DNA of 63,409 bases, filler included, from 7 parts of 7 records of this genome joined end to end with filler, not necessarily neighbours in it; one strand, 5' to 3'. Positions 21,351 through 30,675 are shown, numbered from the whole stretch's first letter. The notes: generated from the sequence alone by a model not told the origin. Numbers and translations: made by a program.

Positions 21351-21397
21351 AATTCGTTCAGTTACCGAACTATCTATATCAGAAGAAACTCTGTCAA
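21351..21397 (-). promoter_or_regulatory. Sigma70-type promoter (TTGACA-N17-GATAGT) with an overlapping imperfect palindrome, likely the ROK operator
   Basis: TTGACA on the minus strand at 21397-21392. AATTCGTTCAGTTACCGAACT (21351-21371) is an imperfect inverted repeat of the XylR/ROK type, just upstream of the ROK gene. Confidence 0.55.
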
Positions 21398-21497
21398 GCG
21401 TGATATGCGCGTAATTTGCACGTTGTGAGTTTTTACCAAGGGTAAATATGGGGGGAGGTGGGTATTGAATGCCGGTTAGTGAATTGAAAACAAGCAA

Positions 21498-22085
21498 TTA
21501 TGCGGTCTGTCGATCGCAGCCGCGATTTTGTCGTTCAATCTTGTAAACCGAAGATGGCGGCATGTTGCGCACCGTGGTTCCGATGCGGGTAGCGCGTAAA
21601 TCAAGACGGGCCAGAATGGCCGATGGCACCGGGCAACGCGGGCCGTAGGTGAATTGATAAAACGCCCCGTCTTCGCGCAAATAGCCAAACGTACCGCCAA
21701 GGATGCCCATGATCTGGCGCGGTGACATTGACAGCAATGGTAGGCCGCTGATCGCGCTTGAAAGTTCGCCGCGCCCGAACAGGTTTTTGCCGCCCAACCG
21801 TGCGGCATCCATCTGAAGGATGCGGGCCTTTGGATAACGGTCGGCCAGCAAGCTTGAAAAATAGGGGCCGGTTTCGATCAGGGTCAGATCATCTTGACGT
21901 AAACCACGATCAAGTAGCGCACGGGTAAACACCCCGGTTCCCGGACCAAGTTCAAGGATTGGGGTGCTGGTTTCAGTGACTTCTGATGTGATCAGGCGGG
22001 CCAAAGCCGGGCTGGAGGGCGAGATGGCCGAAACCTTTCTCGGATCAGTGACCCAAGCGCGAAAAAACGGCAAAAGATCCGACAT
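21498..22085 (-). CDS. pmtA: Phospholipid N-methyltransferase (PmtA-type class I SAM methyltransferase)
   Basis: AISPSSPALA, ILELGPGTGVFT, ISGLPLL, FYQFTY and RNMPPSSVY motifs. Confidence 0.8.
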   Translation of the reverse strand: MSDLLPFFRAWVTDPRKVSAISPSSPALARLITSEVTETSTPILELGPGTGVFTRALLDRGLRQDDLTLIETGPYFSSLLADRYPKARILQMDAARLGGKNLFGRGELSSAISGLPLLSMSPRQIMGILGGTFGYLREDGAFYQFTYGPRCPVPSAILARLDLRATRIGTTVRNMPPSSVYKIERQNRGCDRQTA

Positions 22086-22264
22086 ATGCGTGTCTGCCCC
22101 AATTCAAGATGTATATGCTTCCAAGCAAGAAGCTATCGATCCTTTATGTCGTGACAGGCGCTTATTTGTGTTCATTTTGCGAAATTGGTTCTGATCACGC
22201 ACATATCATCGTCAGATGATTGCACCCAAGCCCCTGCCAATTTCCGGGATTCGTCAAAGCGCGC

Positions 22265-22408
22265 TCAGCCGTGCTGGTTCTGGCGCAGGGTATCAATCAG
22301 ACTCGCTTCTTGCGGGTCTGCATGGAAGCTGTTGGGAATGATCATCACACCTTTGGTGCCGTCTTTGGCCTCGATCATATAAAGGGTGGCGTCATCGCCG
22401 GGATCGGT
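22265..22408 (-). CDS. C-terminal fragment of a small hypothetical protein
   Basis: Open frame from the contig edge, TDPGDDATLYMIEAKDGTKGVMIIPNSFHADPQEASLIDTLRQNQHG-stop, with coding-like codon use. Confidence 0.5.
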   Translation of the reverse strand, partial: TDPGDDATLYMIEAKDGTKGVMIIPNSFHADPQEASLIDTLRQNQHG

Positions 22409-22409
22409 G

Positions 22410-22509
22410 NNNNNNNNNNNNNNNNNNNNNNNNNNNNNNNNNNNNNNNNNNNNTTAATTAATTAANNNNNNNNNNNNNNNNNNNNNNNNNNNNNNNNNNN
22501 NNNNNNNNN
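22410..22509. other. Artificial contig spacer
   Basis: N44-TTAATTAATTAA-N44. Confidence 0.98.
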
Positions 22510-22995
22510 TTCAACGAACTGCGCGACCAGCTCGACAAGATCGCCGACGACGCTTCGTTCAACGGTATCAACCTTCTGCGTGGCGACAACCTGCAGATCA
22601 CGTTCAACGAAACCGGCACTTCGGAAATCAACATTCAGACCGAAGGTGGGGCAACGATCAACTCCCAGAACCTGGGTGTTCCGACCACGCTCGAAGCGTC
22701 TGATCTCGACAGCGACACCAACATCGACAGCGTTCTGGCCGATGTGAAGTCCGCAATCAACGAAGTCCGGGCCCAGTCCTCGTCCTTCGGTTCGAACCTG
22801 TCGGTCGTCGAAAACCGTCAGGATTTCACCAAGAACATGATCAACACGCTGGAAACCGGCGCGTCCAACCTCACCCTGGCCGATGCCAATGAGGAAGCCG
22901 CCAACCTTCTGGCCCTGCAGACCCGTCAGCAGCTGTCCTCGACCGCTCTGTCCATGGCTTCGCAGGCCGATCAGGCCGTCCTGCGTCTGTTCTAA
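22510..22995 (+). CDS. Flagellin, C-terminal part (5'-truncated)
   Basis: DASFNGINLL and the C-terminal flagellin signature LADANEEAANLLALQTRQQLS...QAVLRLF. Confidence 0.95.
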   Translation, partial: FNELRDQLDKIADDASFNGINLLRGDNLQITFNETGTSEINIQTEGGATINSQNLGVPTTLEASDLDSDTNIDSVLADVKSAINEVRAQSSSFGSNLSVVENRQDFTKNMINTLETGASNLTLADANEEAANLLALQTRQQLSSTALSMASQADQAVLRLF

Positions 22996-23032
22996 AAATC
23001 GAACGCTCCCAGAACGGGAGTACGTCTTGCGG

Positions 23033-23067
23033 AAAGGGCGGGCCAGAACGGCCCGCCCTTTTCTTTT
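23033..23067 (+). terminator. Rho-independent terminator after flagellin
   Basis: AAAGGGCGGGCC-AGAAC-GGCCCGCCCTTT followed by TCTTTT. Confidence 0.85.
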
Positions 23068-23114
23068 GGCCCACCGGTCGCCATAATCCACTCAAATTGA
23101 ACGGGGTACGAATC

Positions 23115-23558
23115 ATGGCGCTTAAGGTCGAGTTGAAACCTGGCGAAAAACTGATCGTTGGCAGTTGTGTAATCACCAATTCCGACCAGCGCACCCGCCT
23201 GTTTATCGAGGGCAAGGCCCCTATCCTCCGCGAAAAGGACATCCTCTCCGCGGCGACAGCCGATACGCCCGCCAAGGCAATCTATCTGGCCATCCAGATC
23301 ATGTATGTGGAAGGCAATGTGGACAAACTGACCAAGAGCTATTTCGAGCTGATCAATGAAATGGTCCGCGCCGCACCGTCCACTTTGCCGTATGTGGACG
23401 GTATAAATAATGAGATATTAACCGGCGATCTCTACAAAGCTCTCAGGGCCGCTAAAAAGCTTATCGAATACGAAGGGGAGTTGCTGGCAAATGCAACATC
23501 AGGGGGCACTCGCATATCAGAGGACCGCACAACAGACGGCGAGTCCCAGAGATCTTGA
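23115..23558 (+). CDS. flbT: Flagellar biosynthesis post-transcriptional regulator FlbT
   Basis: MALKVELKPGEK, ILREKDIL, ADTPAKAIYLAIQIMY and YKALRAAKKLIEYE. Confidence 0.95.
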   Translation: MALKVELKPGEKLIVGSCVITNSDQRTRLFIEGKAPILREKDILSAATADTPAKAIYLAIQIMYVEGNVDKLTKSYFELINEMVRAAPSTLPYVDGINNEILTGDLYKALRAAKKLIEYEGELLANATSGGTRISEDRTTDGESQRS

Positions 23559-23859
23559 GGCCAACCTGCTTGCCCGCCTCGCTTCCCGACTGCAAAATAT
23601 TCGCGACACCTGGCCCGAGCATTACGATCAGCTCGAGGAAACGCTGAACAAGAACCGCAAGGTCTGGTCCATCTTCGTTCAGGCCGTGACCAAGGACGAC
23701 AGCCCCCTCCCTGACCCCATCCGTCAGAACATCGCCAATCTGGGGATTTTCGTCATGGGTCAGACCTACGAGTTGCTCGCTGGCGCCGAACCGGCCAAGC
23801 TCGATGCGCTCATCAACATCAATCGCCAGATTTCGGCCGGCCTGCGCAGCAAAGGCTGA
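23491..23859 (+). CDS. flaF: Flagellar biosynthesis regulator FlaF
   Basis: PRDLEA, NRKVWSIF, PLPDPIRQNIANLGIFV and LININRQISAGL. Confidence 0.95.
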   Translation: MQHQGALAYQRTAQQTASPRDLEANLLARLASRLQNIRDTWPEHYDQLEETLNKNRKVWSIFVQAVTKDDSPLPDPIRQNIANLGIFVMGQTYELLAGAEPAKLDALININRQISAGLRSKG

Positions 23860-23881
23860 CCCAGCCGCCACCGCCAATACG

Positions 23882-23915
23882 AAAAAGCCCCGGTCGATGC
23901 CGGGGCTTTGCTTTT
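23882..23915. terminator. Bidirectional terminator between convergent flaF and flgL
   Basis: AAAAAGCCCCGG-TCGATG-CCGGGGCTTT-GCTTTT. Confidence 0.85.
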
Positions 23916-23936
23916 GCGGCGTTCGGGATGGTGCGC

Positions 23937-25403
23937 TTACAGGTAGTTCACCAGCGAGAGCTGGCTGGCCATCGCAGTTGCCTGATAGCTGGCCTGAAGC
24001 TGGGTCTGCAGCGTCAGCAGCATCATGGCCACTTCCTCGCGCGGTGCCGAGGAGATTTCAGCCAGCATCGTTTCAAGCTGCGCCCCATATTGGGAGTGGC
24101 GCTCCTTGACTGTGTTGACCGTGGAAGCGGCGATACCCAGTTCCATCGTGATGACCTCGATGGCCCCCGTCTGGGCATTGTTGTCTTCCGACAATCGCGA
24201 GCGCTGGATGGCCACCATGGCGTCGTAACGCCCGGCATTTTCGTCGTCGAGCGGCGAGAGGTCGGACACCGAAAACACCGCCAGCCCCTTGATGAGTTCG
24301 ACAAACCCTTTCTCATTGGCCTGTACGCCATACTGGGTCTTGGTGTTCTCATCGATATTGGCCGAAACGGTCTGGCGCGGATTGGCGCTGTCCTGCCCGC
24401 GATACCACGCGGTCGCTGCCGGGTCCTGCGCCTCGCCCATGCCGTTAAAGAAGTCATCGGCCGCCGCATAGGTCGAGGACGAGCGCAGATCGGTCTTGGT
24501 CAGCGTTTCGAGCTTGCTGGCAATGGCGGCATCGAGATTGGCGGCAGTTTCATCGGCATCGGCGCCTATGGCAAACCCGCCCTCGGGCACCGGATCGGTG
24601 TCGGTGGCCGTGAAGGTGAAATATTGGACCGTATCGCGGTCATGAGGGAAGGTGATGCCTATGGTCACCGTGTCTCCCCCTGCCGGCACGCCGCCCGCGG
24701 TGATCGACGCCGTTTGCTCGGCGTCGGGAAACAGCGGATCGACCGGCCCTGACGTCGCGGTAATCGCCGCTCCCGTCGTGGTGACCGAAGCAATCTTGAA
24801 GCCGTATTCGTGGTCGCCATCCTCGGTCAGGGTGATCGTATCGGTGGCCAGCGCCTGATCGATACGGCCCGAATTGCCCGCCACGGTGCCCATATCTTCT
24901 TCGTTGCGGTTCTGGGTGAAGCGCACAAATCCATTCGGCCCGTTCATCATCTCGTCAAAGCTCGCCACCGGCTTGGTGTCGGATTTGTTGCCCCCGAAAA
25001 TGAACTGCCCGGTGATATCGGTGTTGAGGACGTCAATGACTTCCTTGAGCAGATTGGTGGCCTGGTTGCGGGCATTGGTGAGGTTGATGCCATCGGTGCC
25101 ATAGGCGTTGGGCACGGCCAGTGCCCGGGCGGACCCTTCGATCTCGTCGAGTCGTTCAAGGCCGTTGGTGTAAAAGCTCAGCCGGTTTTCGACGGTCAGG
25201 ATATTGGCCTGATAGCCCTCGATACGCGACAGCCGGTTACGCAGATTGATATCGTGCACCCGGTCGCTGCCCATCTCGGCCAGCGTGTTGTACTTATTGC
25301 CTGTCGCCAGCTGCATCTCGAGGTTTTCGAACTGCTTGGTCATCCTAGAGATGGCCGTAAGCGTCGACGACACGGGATAGAGCGATTTGTTGATGATCGT
25401 CAT
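23937..25403 (-). CDS. flgL: Flagellar hook-associated protein 3 (FlgL-like)
   Basis: QLATGNK N-terminus, FIFGGN, C-terminal QTQLQASYQATAMASQLSLVNYL; follows flgK. Confidence 0.85.
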   Translation of the reverse strand: MTIINKSLYPVSSTLTAISRMTKQFENLEMQLATGNKYNTLAEMGSDRVHDINLRNRLSRIEGYQANILTVENRLSFYTNGLERLDEIEGSARALAVPNAYGTDGINLTNARNQATNLLKEVIDVLNTDITGQFIFGGNKSDTKPVASFDEMMNGPNGFVRFTQNRNEEDMGTVAGNSGRIDQALATDTITLTEDGDHEYGFKIASVTTTGAAITATSGPVDPLFPDAEQTASITAGGVPAGGDTVTIGITFPHDRDTVQYFTFTATDTDPVPEGGFAIGADADETAANLDAAIASKLETLTKTDLRSSSTYAAADDFFNGMGEAQDPAATAWYRGQDSANPRQTVSANIDENTKTQYGVQANEKGFVELIKGLAVFSVSDLSPLDDENAGRYDAMVAIQRSRLSEDNNAQTGAIEVITMELGIAASTVNTVKERHSQYGAQLETMLAEISSAPREEVAMMLLTLQTQLQASYQATAMASQLSLVNYL

Positions 25404-25409
25404 GAGACC

Positions 25410-27239
25410 TCACATAGCCAGCAGAGCATCGATCAGCTCCTGGACCGTCGAAACCACGCGCGCACTTGCCGAATAGGCGTTCTGTAGCTGCATCAGACGC
25501 GCCATTTCCTCGTCCACCGTCACGCCGTATTCGGCCCCCATGCGGGTGGTGATCGATTGCAGCGTGTAGCTGACGGCTGAACTTTCCGACTGGGCCTTGG
25601 AAACCACATTGCCCTGATGATTGATCATCTGGCCGATAAGGTCGGTAACCTTGCCCGAGAGCCGCACGCCGCCATCGGTCAGCGCTGTCATCTTGTCGGA
25701 GACAAATTCCATCGATTTGAGATTATCGAGCAGGAACTGCGGCCGCGTCGCATCGCCCAGCGACACGCCGCTCGCATATTGCACGAGTTGAGCCGGATCG
25801 GAGATCAGCGCGGTGTTGATGGAAATGCGCCCTGCAAAACCCAGCTTCTGGCCACTGCCGTCCAGCGAATTGGTGAAGGACTGGTCGCGGCTGTCGACGA
25901 ACAGATTGAGCGCCCCTGTACCGTCCTGCGTGCCCGTCACGCTGATCTGCGAGGACATGGCGCGCATGTCGGCGCTGTCGATGGACAAAACGCCCCCGGC
26001 GCTGCCGATAACCGCTGTTCCCGGTAGCTCGGCCGCCAGCGCCGCAGCAATCGCCCCCGCCGGATCGCCACCCGAAATGTCGACCCCGATGACCCGTTCA
26101 CCCTTGGCGTTGGGCGAGGCCAGCGGCAGATTGGCCGCATCGCCCATCGCAACGACGCGGATCGAACGGTCGGTCGTGCCGTCATTATAGGTCAGGGCAA
26201 GCGAATTGCCCGCCTGCATGCCCGAAAGGTCGAGCTCGTAGAGATCGGGCGTCAGCTCGTCGGGTTCGGCCGTCGTATTGACCGTGTTCATCGCCTGGGC
26301 GAGACCGGCAGCGACCTCGTCGAGCTGGTCCTGCATGTTGACCAGCGTCGTGTCGCGCAGCTCCAGAAGCCCCGCTATGCGGCCCGAGGACAGCAGCTCC
26401 TGGCCGGCCAGATCGACTTCCAGCCCCGATGGGGTGCGCAGGGTCAACTGCCCCACCCCGTTCTTGGCCGGATCGGAATCGAACAGTGAGCTCGAATTGA
26501 GCCCGCCACCCGAGCGGAACCCGAACTGGGACGCCTCGACGTCGAGAATACCGACACCGCTCTCGGTCATCAGCGCCACTGTGCCGTCCGTACGGTAAGT
26601 CGCCCGCACGTCGACAAGTTCGGAAATCGAAGCGACCAGCCGGTCGCGCTCGTCCATCAGCGAGAGCCGCGCCTGCTGGTCCTGCGAAATGTCGAGGATG
26701 CGCACGTTGATGTCGGCCAGCGCCGTCAGTTGCCGGTTGAGCTCGGACACCCCGTTGGAAATCTGCTGCTCGGCCTCGACGCGCATCTGCTGCACGGCGC
26801 CGGTCAGGGTATTGAGCTGTTCGACAAGCTGCTGGGCCGTATTGAGCACCCCGGCCCGTGTCGTCACGTCATTGGGGTTGGTAACCAGCGCCTGCAGCGC
26901 GTTCTCGAACCCCGCATAAAGCGTATCGAGCGAGTTCGAATCGCCCGGCTTACCCAGATGCATCTGCAGGCGATCGAGGAAATTGGTGCGCACATCGTGA
27001 TAGCTGGCCGACGAGACCGCCACCAGGTGCTGCTTTTCCAGCGCCTCGTTGAAGGCCCGGCTCAGGGTCGAGGCGCGAACCTGCGCGCTCGTCCCGTAGG
27101 CGGTTTCCTCGATGACGATGGACTGCCGGTGATAGCCCGGCGTGCCCTGATTGGCGATATTGCGCGAAACGACATCGATCCCGCGCTGGCTGGCATTCAT
27201 GCCGCCCAGTGCATTCGATAGCGTCGAACTCAATCCCAT
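25410..27239 (-). CDS. flgK: Flagellar hook-associated protein 1 FlgK
   Basis: VSRNIANQGTPGYHRQ, LMDERDRLV and GVTVDEEMARLMQLQNAYSASARV. Confidence 0.95.
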   Translation of the reverse strand: MGLSSTLSNALGGMNASQRGIDVVSRNIANQGTPGYHRQSIVIEETAYGTSAQVRASTLSRAFNEALEKQHLVAVSSASYHDVRTNFLDRLQMHLGKPGDSNSLDTLYAGFENALQALVTNPNDVTTRAGVLNTAQQLVEQLNTLTGAVQQMRVEAEQQISNGVSELNRQLTALADINVRILDISQDQQARLSLMDERDRLVASISELVDVRATYRTDGTVALMTESGVGILDVEASQFGFRSGGGLNSSSLFDSDPAKNGVGQLTLRTPSGLEVDLAGQELLSSGRIAGLLELRDTTLVNMQDQLDEVAAGLAQAMNTVNTTAEPDELTPDLYELDLSGMQAGNSLALTYNDGTTDRSIRVVAMGDAANLPLASPNAKGERVIGVDISGGDPAGAIAAALAAELPGTAVIGSAGGVLSIDSADMRAMSSQISVTGTQDGTGALNLFVDSRDQSFTNSLDGSGQKLGFAGRISINTALISDPAQLVQYASGVSLGDATRPQFLLDNLKSMEFVSDKMTALTDGGVRLSGKVTDLIGQMINHQGNVVSKAQSESSAVSYTLQSITTRMGAEYGVTVDEEMARLMQLQNAYSASARVVSTVQELIDALLAM

Positions 27240-27279
27240 CGCCTAAACTCCCGTTTCTCTTCGAACCCGCAGTGAAAAA

Positions 27280-27396
27280 GGCCGGTTAAGGTGGAGCGAG
27301 AAAGGTGGCTTTCGAGAACCGGAGCGGAGCGTACATTGAGGTACGTGAGCACCGGAAGCGCAGAAAGCCGCCATTCGCAGCCCGCCTTCACCGGCC
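27280..27396. repeat. 117-bp palindromic intergenic element (RPE1/MITE-like)
   Basis: Imperfect 34-bp terminal inverted repeats (GGCCGGTTAAGG...GGCTTTC / GAAAGCC...CCTTCACCGGCC) around a core GGAGCGTAC-N6-GTACGTGAG. Confidence 0.75.
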
Positions 27397-27405
27397 GGGC
27401 AATGA

Positions 27406-29025
27406 CTAGCGGATCATATTCAATGCTTCCTGCAGCATCTCATCCGCCGTCGAAACGATGCGGGTGCCCGCCGAATAAGCCTGCTGGGTCACGATCAGCT
27501 TGGTGAACTCTTCCGAGATATCGGTGTTCGACGATTCCAGCGCGCCGCCGGTGATGCCGCCATCGGTGGAAAGGATCGCCTCGCCCGAAGCTGCCGTCGC
27601 CGAGTAGATGCCGCCATCGAGCCGCTTCAATTGGTTCTCGGCGTTAAAATTGGCCGTCACCAGCTGGAAGATTTCGATCTGCTCGCCATTCGAATAGGTA
27701 GCGACCACGCGGCCATTGTCATTGATGGCGACCGACATGAACGAACCGGCGGGATAGCCGTTCTGGTTCAGCGTCGAGACCGCTGCGCGACCGTTGGCAT
27801 TATCGAACTGGGTCAGCCCGCCAGCGCCGAGATCGATTTCGACATCGCCAACCACGGTGCCGTTGATCGTCAGGTTCGGAAGGTTCAGCCGCAACGGCTC
27901 GGACAGCGAAACCGAAGCCCCGCCCTGTGTCTGGAGCACGCCGTCCTCGAAGGTGAATTCAGCGTCGGGAACCTCGGACCAGGCCTGGGGCTCGCTGTTG
28001 CTCATGTAGTAGAGCTGCCAGGTGTCGGGCTCGTTGGAAAGCTTGCCCCAGCGCATCTGCACGTTCACCGACGCGCCATTGGGCGCATAGACGGTGATCG
28101 CGCCACCCTCGACCGAGCGCCCGACAAAGTCGGCACCCACTTCAGGCGCGTCGGGAACCGGCTGCGAGGCGACGCCCGCGATAACGCCGGCACCGCCGAT
28201 GACCATGTCATGATTGGTGTTTTCTGCAGTGATCTGCAGCCGCCCCTCGGAATCCAGCGACGCCGTTGCGCCGGGAACCGATCCGTTCACCCAGTCGATG
28301 AGGTCCTGAACCGTGGTTCCGTCCACGCCCTCGACGAACGTCTCGGTGGCCCCGCCGCCGACCGTGATCGTGAAATCGTCGCCAGCAGTCCAGCCCAGGC
28401 CGGGTGCGGCGCCCTGAAGCGTCTCGGTGCCGTCCATATCGTCGGCCGTCGACAGCGTCGTGGCAAAATCTGCAGCAAGACCGACCGCCGGAGTATCGGG
28501 AAGGTTGACTTCGTAAACGATACGCTGGGTCGACTTGGCCGGGATCAGACCGTTGGAAACCCTCACCATCTCGGGCACCGAACCCGCCACGTTGCCGGTC
28601 GTCGCATCGATAGGCACGCCCTTGAGGAAATAGCCCGCGCCGTTGCGCAGATAGCCCTCGCGATCCATCTCGAAATCGCCGCGACGGGTATAATAGCTCG
28701 CATCGCCGAAGACCGAACTGCCGTCCGAGGTGCCGGTCTTTTCGGCCACGACGAAAAAGCCCGAACCGTTCAGCGCAACATGGGTGCCGGTCGAGGAGGT
28801 GATGATGTCGCCGCGCACATCGTTGGTCGAGCGCGAATAGCCGAGCACAGCGCCGGGCTTCTGCCGCCCCACTGCCGCGTCGGGGATCAGGTCGATAAAG
28901 CCCGTCTCCATGCGCTTGTAGCCAGTGGTCTGCGAGTTGGCGATGTTGCCCGAAATGTTCTCGAGCGCGAACGACTGCGCCGCCATGCCCGTAACGGCTG
29001 TCGACAATGCCCCATAGATACCCAT
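27406..29025 (-). CDS. flgE: Flagellar hook protein FlgE
   Basis: ISGNIANSQTTGYK, YYTRRGDF and LESSNTDISEEFTKLIVTQQAYSAG. Confidence 0.95.
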   Translation of the reverse strand: MGIYGALSTAVTGMAAQSFALENISGNIANSQTTGYKRMETGFIDLIPDAAVGRQKPGAVLGYSRSTNDVRGDIITSSTGTHVALNGSGFFVVAEKTGTSDGSSVFGDASYYTRRGDFEMDREGYLRNGAGYFLKGVPIDATTGNVAGSVPEMVRVSNGLIPAKSTQRIVYEVNLPDTPAVGLAADFATTLSTADDMDGTETLQGAAPGLGWTAGDDFTITVGGGATETFVEGVDGTTVQDLIDWVNGSVPGATASLDSEGRLQITAENTNHDMVIGGAGVIAGVASQPVPDAPEVGADFVGRSVEGGAITVYAPNGASVNVQMRWGKLSNEPDTWQLYYMSNSEPQAWSEVPDAEFTFEDGVLQTQGGASVSLSEPLRLNLPNLTINGTVVGDVEIDLGAGGLTQFDNANGRAAVSTLNQNGYPAGSFMSVAINDNGRVVATYSNGEQIEIFQLVTANFNAENQLKRLDGGIYSATAASGEAILSTDGGITGGALESSNTDISEEFTKLIVTQQAYSAGTRIVSTADEMLQEALNMIR

Positions 29026-29111
29026 TTTACTCTCCGTCGTACCAGCAACCCAATCGGGATCGCGACAGCCCAAACATCTGCACGCCGAGCACGCGCATTC
29101 GGGAGAGGTGA

Positions 29112-29128
29112 TGCAAGGGCAATGCCAG
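29112..29128 (-). promoter_or_regulatory. Sigma54 (-24/-12) promoter of flgE-flgK-flgL
   Basis: Minus strand reads CTGGCATTGCCCTTGCA (GG-N10-GC), about 90 nt upstream of flgE. Confidence 0.85.
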
Positions 29129-29191
29129 ACTCTATATCCCTTGTTTTTATTGACTTTTATCCGATCATGGCCTCCGAAAAAGGCGCATCAT

Positions 29192-29228
29192 CAGGAAATT
29201 TCAGCCGCCCACCCGGCAAATTTTTCCC
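29192..29228. promoter_or_regulatory. Two ftr-like (FlbD enhancer) sites
   Basis: CAGGAAATTTCAGCCG (29192-29207) and CCCGGCAAATTTTTCCC (29212-29228), 65-100 bp upstream of the sigma54 site, with an AT-rich IHF-like tract between. Confidence 0.6.
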
Positions 29229-29307
29229 TCTCCGTCCGTTGGCTCCCCTCCCGCGCTCCTGCCATCTTCGCTTCCTCCCCACCGCCGTCATCCCGGGCGA
29301 AGACCCG

Positions 29308-29407
29308 NNNNNNNNNNNNNNNNNNNNNNNNNNNNNNNNNNNNNNNNNNNNTTAATTAATTAANNNNNNNNNNNNNNNNNNNNNNNNNNNNNNNNNNNNN
29401 NNNNNNN
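29308..29407. other. Artificial contig spacer
   Basis: N44-TTAATTAATTAA-N44. Confidence 0.98.
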
Positions 29408-30535
29408 GAAGCTGTCGTCCAGCACCATGGCGTTGTCCTGGTCGGTAACCACCAGCTGTTCATCCCGAGCCATGGAGCCGAGAGCCATAAAGCAATACGG
29501 GATGGGTGGCGGGCCGAGTTTTTCCTCGCCCAGCTCCAACAGGCGCTGACTGAAGCTTCGGCCGATGCCAGCCATGGCGCTGCCGATCATGTGGGAGTTG
29601 GCGTCTTCATTCACCATGCGCACGAAGCTGTCGCGCACTTCGCGGCTGATTTTCTTCAGGCCTTTGACGTCGTTCTGGTGGTAGATGTTGCTCACCAGGT
29701 ACAGGCTGCTCTGGCTCTCGTATTTGACGATGTCGGACAGCGCGATTACGCCACGCACTTCATGGTCTTCCATCACTGGCAGATGGTGCACGTTATTGTG
29801 CAGCATGGTAAGCATGGCTTCGAAGATGTAGCTGCGGGCGCTGATGGTAATCAGCCCTTCGGACATGATCTCGCTGATGGGGGTTTCTGATGGCAGTGCG
29901 TTGGTGACCGCCCGGGTGCGCAGATCCCGGTCGGTGATGATGCCCTTGAGCCGGGGCGAATCCCCACTTTCGTCCATCAGCAGCAGTGCCGACACGCCGT
30001 TGTCGGTCATGATCCGGGCGGCTTCCTGAAGGCGCACGGTGGTCGGGGCAGAGACTGGCTCGCGGGCAATTAGCCGGGTGACTTTGGCGGACATCAGTTC
30101 GTTGGATTTGTGCCGGCGCGAGACCGCCGAACGCAGACGGCTGTGGTCTTCAATCTCGACAAAATCCGCGAAGTTCTCGTCGTTTTCCCACAGATGCTGG
30201 AAGGTCTCGTAGGGGATTTTGTAGATCAGGCAGTCTTCGATGGCTTTGGCCGGAAAGCGCACTTTCTGATTGCGCAGCAGGCCAAACTGGCCAAAGATTT
30301 CGCCCTCACCGATGCGGTTGTAAAGCTCGCCCGAACGCCGGAAGATTTCCACCGCACCGCTGCGGATGTAGTGCAACCAGTAGTTCTGCTGGCCCAGCTC
30401 AAGGATCTGGGTGCCGGCCCGGTAATAGGCCACTTCGATGCCAGTGACGATGCGGTCGAGCAGTTCTTCGGGCATTTCGTCGAAGGGAGCGTGTTGGGCG
30501 ATGTGGTTGCGGATGTCGAGCAGCTCGGCCTGCAT
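29408..30535 (-). CDS. cNMP-binding/CBS/DUF294 putative nucleotidyltransferase signalling protein, 3'-truncated
   Basis: IRSGAVE...GEGEIFG cNMP domain, GIITDRDLR and HHLPV CBS pair, LGSMARDEQLVVTDQDNA nucleotidyltransferase-like motif. Confidence 0.9.
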
Positions 30536-30675
30536 GGGCTCTCCAGGGTTAATCGGTCTTGTTCTGAAGCCGGCGATTGCGGTGCCGCCGTTTCCGGAGT
30601 CTGGCCAAACTATAGCAGTTGTCTGTCCGGTTGGTGTACCTTGGCACCGGAATGGGGCGGGCTGGAGAAAGGTTT

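Noticed and set aside
23491-23558. 68-nt overlap between flbT and flaF
   Set aside because: As I recall, similar overlaps are common for this gene pair in Rhizobiales, and both proteins look intact.
29284-29307. GCCGTCATCCCGGGCGAAGACCCG at the contig end, resembling the start of a rhizobial REP-like palindrome
   Set aside because: Truncated by the spacer and too short to call; probably just the repeat that broke the assembly.
27631-29355. 574-aa ORF on the + strand opposite flgE
   Set aside because: Antisense shadow of a high-GC gene; no recognisable motifs.
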